64,000 nt of DNA, from assembly GCF_009914755.1 (NCBI RefSeq), contig NC_060928.1, one strand, 5' to 3'. The first letter of the stretch is position 1; each line of letters starts with the position of its first letter. The notes beneath the pieces are model-generated. The model was not told where the DNA came from. It saw only the letters and a program-made list of their open reading frames with translations, and searched no databases. The translations under genes were made by a program, and so were the position numbers. The stretch is from the human T2T-CHM13v2.0 reference genome, Homo sapiens. This document shows, one piece after another, positions 1-34,900 of this stretch.

Positions 1-980
1 GCTGGTCTTAAACTCTTGGCCTCAAGTGATCATCCAGCCTGCATGATCTTATTTTTTAAATAGGTAGTATGTGCCCATGCACTGGAATGTACACAGAACA
101 GGATCGGCCCCCGAGGCTGTTTCTGGTGCAGGGCGTGCCATTGTGTATTCTGTGCCTTTGGGGGGGCTGTCCAGCCAGCTCTGGTCTTCCGTCTCCCAGC
201 ACTGGGCGGGAGGTCCTACAGCTTCACCGTGGCTGATGAACGAAGTGCACCCCGGCAGCAGTAGCCGGCTCTGGGCATTTATACTTCATGTTTGATCAAT
301 ATAATCAGAGGGGTTGATCTGCGTTTGCTCCTCCCAGCAGTGCAGAAGGTGCCTCTTGGCTCAGACTTCACTGCCATCGTGATCTTGGCCAGGAGGATGG
401 CTACAAACAGCCTGAGGCTTAGGCTCATGGCTGGCGTTCTGTGATGAGGCCAGTGAACCTACGAGTGTCCGGGGGCCTCCTCCTACCTGGTGGCTGCCTG
501 TACCCTTCTGTTTTCCTTTTGGCTTGTTGATGGTTTTCTTCTTGGCGTTTAGGTGCTCTGATGTAGAAAAGGGAGCCAGCCCGCCACCTGTGTGATGTGT
601 GGCCGGTGCCCCACAGTTTCCTGTCCAGGGACTTGGCTGATGGTGCTTTTCCCTACTGAGATTTGCGCCTCTGTGCCGTGCACTGTATCAGTGTTGCCTT
701 CGTGGCTCTGGGCTTCGTGTCTTCCTTCCGGAGGCTTTCCTCACTCCAATGTTTTAAAAGATCATCCCACATTTTCTTCTGGTATTTCTCTAATTTACAC
801 TTAAATCTTTGATTCATTGGGATTTGTTTCAGTGTGTGCTGGAAGGAAGAGATCCGACTAGATAGTTTTTCAGAGGTCATCTTCCCCGTGCACCCCACTC
901 ACTACCCTGACCGTGACTTAGACACTCAGGGTTTGTTTCTGTACTCTGTTGTGTCCTGCAGGTGACACCGATGCTGTCCC

Positions 981-1132
981 CTGCGTGTTCGGGATTGTGG
1001 TCTGTGTGTGTTCTCGTGTTAGGCCTGTCTGGCTCTGCGTGTTCGGGATTGTGGTCTGTGTGTGTTCTCGTGTTAGGCCTGTCTGGCTCTGCGTGTTCGG
1101 GATTGTGGTCTGTGTGTGTTCTCGTGTTAGGC
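981..1132. repeat. Minisatellite, 54-bp unit, about 2.8 copies
   Basis: ctgcgtgttcgggattgtggtctgtgtgtgttctcgtgttagg starts at 981, 1035 and 1089. Confidence 0.95.
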
Positions 1133-2628
1133 TGGCCTGCTCTGGCGTCTTGCTCATCTTGTTTGTTCCCCTCATTTCTGCTTAGCTTTCCACGGGAGCT
1201 TTCACGCTCCACTTGTGTGGTTCTAACAAGACACCCATAGGCAAGTATCGGCGTGATATGTCCATTTAGGGAGAATTCCTGTCTGTGATGTTTTGCTCCT
1301 CACTTCCCTGGTGACAGGATATTAGGCAAGCACAAAGAGTCAGCCCACTCCAAGGACCCCTGCCCCAGAGAGAGTGAGTGTGCAAGTTGAGTGTGTGTGA
1401 GAGTTTCACACCTGGCTTACATGCAGAACGGGGCACTTGCCACATGGGGGGGAGTCTTGGATGTTGGGATTCTTTGAGGGAGCCTCACATGGCCCCTGTC
1501 CTTCTGTCCTTGGCCCCAGCCCTCCTGGCTTGGCCGCCCTGTCCTGCGTGTGAGCGCTGGTGCGCGTCTTCTTGCAGTGCGTGCCGCCCCTTCCACCGCA
1601 GCTCGGAGTCAGGGCTTCCGTGTGAGCCCCAGCCGCAGGCCTCTGAAACTTCAGTGCGTGCTGGCGGCCACCGCGGTCACACATTTGATCTATAACAGAT
1701 CAACAGCATGGTGGATTCAAGGAAACATTACCACCGTGTTTCTGATCCTATCCCAGAACTTCCTTTCGGTCTTCTTTTAATTTTTTTCTATAGCAGTTTA
1801 CATTATTTGATTATTCTTTAACATTTTCTTTTTTAATCTAAATGCTCTTCGCACTTTGAATGACTCCTGCCGAGCGTAGCCTCTGGCTGCCATGCTGACC
1901 ATGAGGGACACTGTTGGATCAAAGCCCTGGTTTGGTCTCCTGGGCTCTAGGGCTCCACTTTTCTCTGGATTAGCGGGGCCCACGCTGTGGCCTCCTTGGA
2001 AGCCTCCTGCCAGGCCTCTGCCTGTCGCCTACAGCACGTCTGCAGACTGGGCTGAATCCATAAGGTTTAGTGTCGCTTCTGCCCCTGAGAGGAGTTGATG
2101 CTGCCTCACTGACCCCCTCCTGGTCTCTTTCTACCCCTGGCCCCTTGCTGATAATAAGATGTGTTCTATTTGCTGGCCTGGAGCTGGAGCCCATCAGCTC
2201 GTCCGCTGGGATCAGTCCTGTGGCCTTGACTTTACAGCAGTGCCAGCCTGGGCGGCTTATCCTGCGCACCGTGCCACAGGAGGCTGGTGAAGGGGCAGGA
2301 GGGGAACATAGCGTATTTTATTATGCTGCTGAGAACATTCTGTGAGGCTGCTCTGTCAGTCAGCTGCATTCCATAAAGCTGCAGCAGAAAACCAAGCCCA
2401 AAGCCCAGGGCTTCTTAACAACACAGGTTTAGTGGCCACCTTGTCACACGTCATCTGTGGTCAGCAGGGCATGGCTCAGCTGCAGGCTAAGGACAGCCCG
2501 TGTGGGACACCCTATGCTCACAGAGGAGACATACGTGCTCTGGCACGGTGGGCAGCGGTCCCTGAAGCTGGGCTCACACTGGCCCACATCCCTTCTTGGG
2601 CTCAGGCCAGGCCGGCCACTCTGGGACA

Positions 2629-2896
2629 GGGGCGCCCCCACACTGCTCACGTCAGGAGGGACGGGGGCGCCCCCACACTGCTCGCGTCAGGAGGGACGGG
2701 GGCGCCCCCACACTGCTCGCGTCAGGAGGGACGGGGGCGCCCCCACACTGCTCACGTCAGGAGGGACGGGGGCGCCCCCACACTGCTCGCGTCAGGAGGG
2801 ACGGGGGCGCCCCCACACTGCTCGCGTCAGGAGGGACGGGGGCGCCCCCACACTGCTCGCGTCAGGAGGGACGGGGGCGCCCCCACACTGCTCGCA
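2629..2896. repeat. CpG-rich minisatellite, 35-bp unit, about 7.7 copies
   Basis: gtcaggagggacgggggcgcccccacactgctc(a/g)c at 2651, 2686, 2721, 2756, 2791, 2826 and 2861. Confidence 0.97.
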
Positions 2897-3749
2897 TCCA
2901 GTGGACAAGGGTGATGAACGGGGATTTCCTGGGGACCTCCCTTCTCTTTATTCGAGAGCTCAGGAGATACTGGGAACCAAAGGCTACTGAGGGCCGTTTT
3001 GCAGACACGTCAGGCAGGATCCGGTGTCCTGGGAGCGCGCTGTGCCATATCCCACATCGGGTCTCCTGTAAATGAGCCGCCGAGCCGACATGCGTGGCTG
3101 AGGGCTTAGCTCTGGACACTGTGCCTGAGAGTTTCGTGTTGAGAAGGAGCCCACATGCAGAGCAGTGTGCAGTCACGGGTGTGTGGGCTTCGCATCCGGA
3201 AGGTGAGCCTCGTGCCCCCTTCGACTGAGCACGCTCCCGAGGGCACCGTGGGTCAGGACGTAACTCACGTGGCATACGCGGCGCCCCGCGCCCAGCTGCT
3301 TTCGCTCTAGCAAGCCTGTTTGGGAAACATCTTGTTGCCATGATGGTCTTAGTGCTCTGTGTGCACATGCTCCTGTGTAAGGTTAGTTGCTTTTCCTGTT
3401 CAACCCTGTGGCTGTAGTTTGTTGTTGCTTGGGCGAGTGTGCACGTGTGAGCATATGAGTGTGCGTGCAAGGGTGCTGTGTGGGCCTGCACATGTGAACA
3501 TGTGTGTGTGCTCGTGCACACACATGTGCAGCCGCTCAAGGTTGGGGTCTGTGTTTTGTTCCCTGCTCCATCCCTGTGTGTAGAATGCACTGGCAGGTGG
3601 TAGGTGTGCTGTGCATAGTTGTTGACTGAATGGGTGTTGGAGGGGACAGAGCTTGCTGCGTGTCCCAGGGTCTCCTGTGGGCGGGCAGAGCAGTCACTGG
3701 GCCGGGGCGGAGGGCAGGGGTGCAGGTGCTGTCTGTGCTGGTCCCGCAG

Positions 3750-29468
<25,719 letters not shown>

Positions 29469-29673
29469 GCTGCCCTGGCCTGGCCAACTCTCCTGTGGAC
29501 ATGTCGGGGTGGGGCAGCCCAGGTGGATTCTGTGGGCCTCAGGGGGGCCACCCTGGCCACCACACCCTCAGGAGCCCAGCCAGGAGGGCAGGGGGTGACC
29601 TCGCTGGAGGCACTGGCCCCGGACATTCGCCATGCTGGCCATGGGGCTCCCTGGCCCTGGCCTCCTGCTGCCC

Positions 29674-29679
29674 AATAAA
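29674..29679 (+). terminator. RGS12: Distal RGS12 polyadenylation signal
   Basis: AATAAA about 205 nt after the stop codon, followed by GU-rich sequence. Confidence 0.85.
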
Positions 29680-30384
29680 GCATTTCTGAGGACCCAAGCG
29701 TCGGCCTGGTGCTGGGTGCTGGGGACACAGACTCCTCGTTCTCGGGGACTCCGAGCACATCCCCAGGAGGTCATGCAGGAAACAGAGGGGCCTGAGGAGG
29801 AGAAGTGCCCCAGGGTAAGGTCAAGGGGGCTTTGAGGAGAGGGAAGCTTGGCTCCTGGGGCCTGAGGGCCAGGACCAGATGGCAGAGACTGGCTCTCGCC
29901 GTCACGTGGGGACCCTGCCCCAGCCTTGTTTAGCAGGGTGGTCTGAGGGCCTTTCTGGGGAGGGACCATGTAAACTGCAACTGGACGGCAGAGGAAGTCT
30001 AGAAAGAGCCCTGGGCCTGTGCCAAGGCCCTGGGGCTAAGGAGGGTCTGATTACAGAAAGGGAACCAGGTGTGGCTGCAGGGGAGGCCGGGGCCTTGGGG
30101 GCTGGGTTGAGTCGGAAGAGGCAGGGCCATTCCCCAGGTTGCCTTGATGGAACCCCTAAAGCCAAGTACCCTCGGTACAGGGTGGTTGGTGAGCTCCTCA
30201 GAGCATCCTAGAGGCCCGAGAGCACAGCCAGTCCCCTGGGGCTGTTCTAGAAGCTTCCAGGGAGTGGATGCACCCCACTTAGTGGTGCTCTAGGAAGGGG
30301 GCTGGGGGAGGGGTCGGAATGGAAGATGAAGCCCAGTGCCAGCTGTGTGTACCACCCACCACAAGCCCGCATCCATCCTGCTCC

Positions 30385-30660
30385 CAGCACCCACCATGCC
30401 TCCACATTCACCGTGCCCCCAGGGCCCACCATGACCTCCCCCCCAACCCCCAACCCCCCATTCACCGTGCCCCCAGCACCCACCATGCCTCCACATTCAC
30501 CGTGCCCCCAGGGCCCACCATGACCTCCCCCCCAACCCCCAACCCCCCATTCACCGTGCCCCAGGGCCCACCATGACCTCCCCCCCAACCCCCAACCCCC
30601 CATTCACCGTGCCCCCAGGGCCCACCACGCCTCCATGTGCACTGTGCCCCCTGGGGCCCA
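30385..30660. repeat. C-rich composite minisatellite upstream of HGFAC
   Basis: Repeated cattcaccgtgcccccagggcccaccatg and acctccccccaacccccaacccccc modules. Confidence 0.92.
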
Positions 30661-31599
30661 CGGTGTCAAGCTGGGTGGTCAGTGGGTGTCCATTCTCTCT
30701 CCCTCTGCACAGACAGGCAAATGGGGGGCAGAGAGAGGGGTTTTAGGGGATACAGGGAGGCAGCTTCAGCCCTCGCTGGTCTCCAGGCCACAGTGGTTCA
30801 CTCACCCCTCCTCCCACCTCGGCAGCCCTGGGATGTCGCTGCTGACTCAGGAGGAACCCGAGGTGCCGTAGCGGCTGCTCCAATATTGCAGAAGAGGTTC
30901 CTCAGGCAGCTCTGCCCACAGCCCCAAGTCACGAATTCCGTGACTCCAGCTCCATCCCAGGCCCCAGGGTACCTGGCCCAGGGTTGTGCTGCCGCAGACT
31001 TGGCCTGTACCATCCAGGCGGCGGTGGGGAGCTGGGGTTGGAAAGGCTTCTTGGAGTGGACTCCTGGGTCTGTCTGGGAGACGGGGAGGAAGGGACACTC
31101 TGAACATCACCAGGGGCTGCTGGGGGGCCCTGGCCACCCCCAGAGTCAGAACAGGCAGGTGGGGCAGGATCTCAGGTCATCCTATGCTACACTCAGCCAT
31201 TGCGTGGCCCCTCTCCTCCCTGTGCCTGGCCTTTTGGCCAGCCCTGGGGCCACCGAGAGGATGCAGCACCGAACCCTCCAGGAGCCCCCAGTGCTGCCGT
31301 CTGTGGGACAGGGACAATCCCATCCCCACTGCTACTGTCTGTGCTGTGCTGGGCACAGAGCTGGACACCTCCAAGGCCCAGCGCCCGTAGTGGCTCTCAT
31401 CATGGACAATTCACAGGCAGATGGTGGCCAGCTCTGTGGCCTGCAGGGACTGGGAGCGGCGCCAGACCATCTAGGCCCCAACCTATCTGCATTATCCTGG
31501 AAGACTTCCTGGAGGAGGCTTCTAAGCTGAGGCCCAAGGACCATGTCAGGTCTAGGACTAGGACCAGTGCAGGCCGAGGCCAGAGAGACAGCTGGGCTT

Positions 31600-31785
31600 C
31601 CAGGTAGGGTCAAAGTGAGGTGGGCAGCAGGTGTGGGGGCCAGGGGACTCGGGGACTTCCTCTCCGGCTGGGCCCGCCTGACGTGGGAGGCAGCCAGGGT
31701 TAATCATTTCCACGAAGCCTTGACCCCACCTGCCTTGGCCGCTCTGCTCCCGCCTCCCACTGCCCCTCAGGCCAGCTCAGGAGCC
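31600..31785 (+). promoter_or_regulatory. HGFAC: HGFAC hepatocyte-type proximal promoter with HNF1 site and HNF4/DR1-like site
   Basis: GTTAATCATTTCC at 31699-31711 (HNF1 consensus GTTAATNATTAAC); GGGTCAAAGTGA at 31607-31618 (HNF4-like); no TATA box seen. Confidence 0.7.
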
Positions 31786-31902
31786 ATGGGGCGCTGGGCC
31801 TGGGTCCCCAGCCCCTGGCCCCCACCGGGGCTGGGCCCCTTCCTCCTCCTCCTCCTGCTGCTGCTGCTGCTGCCACGGGGGTTCCAGCCCCAGCCTGGCG
31901 GG
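31786..31902 (+). CDS. HGFAC: HGFAC exon 1, signal peptide
   Basis: gagccATGG Kozak; [19 protein letters not shown](L10)[10 protein letters not shown]|gtgagc. Confidence 0.96.
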
Positions 31903-34900
31903 GTGAGCACTGACCTTGTCGCAGTGCGACCAGAGGTTCCCAGTGGCTACTTGGGGTCCTTGGGAGGAGGCCAGAGGGAGGGTCGCCGCAGAGCGTGGGG
32001 ATTTGAGGGGGCGGGGGTCCGAGCAGGGGGCTTACGTTGAAAGCTGGCCCTCACAGGGCAGGTGGGTGCTGGACTGGCCTTGGAGGCTGGGGCCTGGGCT
32101 CACGGAGCCCCACCTGGGGGCTGTCATCCCTGTGCGGCCTGGCCTGGGCCCCTATGGGTCTGGGGGCTGCCCCCTCTCTCTGGACCTCTGTTGGGTCTGG
32201 ATGCGTGAGGTTGGGGGAACCTCCCAGGGCCTCCTAGCTGCTCCCATCACCAAAAACTGACGTCAGGGTTTAAGCTTGGTGGGTAGCAGTGCCTGGGCCT
32301 GGGCAGTGACCCTGAGCAGGTGTTAACTAGGGGCCGAGGGCGGGGAAGGTGTCAGGGCCTGGCTGAGGCCTCAGGAATGTCGTGTGTCCTCCTGGAACCT
32401 GCTCCGAGATCTGGGGGCCCCAGTATGGAAACAGGCTCAGGGCTGTGACCTCCTGCCCGGCAGGACCTGAGTGTGAGGGTCTGTCCCACACTGACACCCT
32501 TTCTGCTCCTCCTAGAACCGTACGGAGTCCCCAGAACCTAATGCCACAGCGACCCCTGCGATCCCCACTATCCTGGTGACCTCTGTGACCTCTGAGACCC
32601 CAGCAACAAGTGCTCCAGAGGCAGAGGGACCCCAAAGTGGGGGGCTCCCGCCCCCGCCCAGGGCAGTTCCCTCGAGCAGTAGCCCCCAGGCCCAAGGTGG
32701 GTCAGGTGGGCCTGGGAGGAGGTGTCGTGCTTCACCTTAGGGCTGGGTGGGAGGAGCATGGCTGCGGCTGGAGGTCCTGAGGGGCTCGGGTGCCCCTCGA
32801 GGGAGCCCTGACCCTGCCACCCCCTCCCCACAGCACTCACCGAGGACGGGAGGCCCTGCAGGTTCCCCTTCCGCTACGGGGGCCGCATGCTGCATGCCTG
32901 CACTTCGGAGGGCAGTGCACACAGGAAGTGGTGGGTCCGGGCAGCCGGGGCACCCGAGCTGGGGTCACCTGCCCCACGCTGCCTGCTTTTCTGGGAGCCG
33001 GGCACACAGTAGGCGCTCACCACGCAGCAGGCGGACCCAGTGAACCCAGAGACCCTCCAGGGTGGTGGGGTGGGGTGGGGGGCCTCTGCCTGGGACCCCC
33101 ATGCACGCAGGTGTCGCCCCCCAGGTGTGCCACAACTCACAACTACGACCGGGACAGGGCCTGGGGCTACTGTGTGGAGGCCACCCCGCCTCCAGGGGGC
33201 CCAGGTGGGTGCTGGGTTGGGTAGCCTGGGGCGGGCAGGGGGCACTGGGCCAGGCCAGAAGGGCCAAGGGGAGGATGGGGCGGACCCGGGCAGGGGTCCT
33301 GGCTGGAGGGGAGCAGAAGAGGAGCTCTGGGATTAACCCCGGTGGGTGCCACTTAGGGCCAGAGCCTCTCCCAGGTGGGACCTGCGTCTCATGGTGGCTG
33401 CGCGGCCATCGCTGGGGCCAAGGCGCCGCCTGGTGGTGAGGCCGGGCCCTGCAGCCACACAGGCGTGCCCCAGGCAGGGGACAGGTGGGCAGGGTCTGTG
33501 GGGTGCGGTGCCAGCCGCCCTGCTCACATGGGTCCTGGGACACATGGGAGGGGTCTGCTGCCTGACAGTGTGGGTGTCAGGCTTCCAGGAAGCCACGTGC
33601 ACAGCTGGGCCAGTGGCCCAGGTGTTGAGTGGGGGACGCTGGGAGGAAGGGGAGGTCTGTGCCCCTCCCAGGGACCTTGCACCCCGAGGGGCGTAGAGAG
33701 GGCCCCTTTGCTCTCAGAGCCCCTCACTGGGGCCTGATGGACGCCTTAGCAAGCAGAGAATGTCACAGAGGGACCCTGAGCCTCCCAGTCCGCCCCTCAC
33801 ATCCCCTCCCGCATGTCCCCAGCTGCCCTGGATCCCTGTGCCTCCGGCCCCTGCCTCAATGGAGGCTCCTGCTCCAATACCCAGGACCCCCAGTCCTATC
33901 ACTGCAGCTGCCCCCGGGCCTTCACCGGCAAGGACTGCGGCACAGGTGAGCTGGGCCTCGGAGGTCCGCAGGGGTCCAGGGGCCGGAGCAAGTCCCCGGA
34001 GGATGGGAGAACAGGTGGCTCCCGAGTGCAGGGCAGGGGCCCTGCACGGGGACAGCAGGTGGCAGGGTGTGAGGGCTTACTGTGCACCCCTCAGAGAAAT
34101 GCTTTGATGAGACCCGCTACGAGTACCTGGAGGGGGGCGACCGCTGGGCCCGCGTGCGCCAGGGCCACGTGGAACAGTGCGAGTGCTTGGGGGGCCGGAC
34201 CTGGTGCGAAGGCACCCGACATACAGGTGCGCCACGGGGTGTGAGCCGTGCCACTGACCCCTGACGGGTGTCCCTGTCCACACCCGAGTGGGAGGAATGG
34301 CCTGAGGTCACCCAGAAACAAGGGACAAGGGGTGGACCCCGGCCCCGACTCCGCTGTCGTGGGGCACTGCGCGGCCCCTGGCCCAGCTCCTCGGCCCTGC
34401 CCCCAGCTTGTCTGAGCAGCCCTTGCCTGAACGGGGGCACCTGCCACCTGATCGTGGCCACCGGGACCACCGTGTGTGCCTGCCCACCAGGCTTCGCTGG
34501 ACGGCTCTGCAACATCGGTGAGTGGGTCAGCCCCCCGGGGTGCCCTGGGGCAGTGCCGGGTGGACCCACCGTGGGCCGGCCTCACTGCCCCTCTGCCCGC
34601 AGAGCCTGATGAGCGCTGCTTCTTGGGGAACGGCACTGGGTACCGTGGCGTGGCCAGCACCTCAGCCTCGGGCCTCAGCTGCCTGGCCTGGAACTCCGAT
34701 CTGCTCTACCAGGAGCTGCACGTGGACTCCGTGGGCGCCGCGGCCCTGCTGGGCCTGGGCCCCCATGCCTACTGCCGGTCAGCACCACGCCGCTCCAGGC
34801 CGCCGCACGCGGGGCAGGCAGGATTTGTCCTGGGGAGAGGCCCCCCGGCTCCCTAGGACCCAGGCGGGGCCAGCTCCGTCCAGACAGGCCCCGGAACCTC

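Noticed and set aside
1-900. Alu fragment at the window edge and probable ancient L1 remnant
   Set aside because: Too degraded or truncated to delimit or classify by eye.
2342-3075. Overlapping repetitive ORFs and a repeat array that might suggest CRISPR
   Set aside because: Head-to-tail 35-bp VNTR without unique spacers, in eukaryotic DNA with no cas genes.
30637-31530. 297-aa ORF upstream of HGFAC; also the 26188-27036 and 62087-62917 ORFs
   Set aside because: GC-rich chance ORFs with no homology I recognise and no exon structure.
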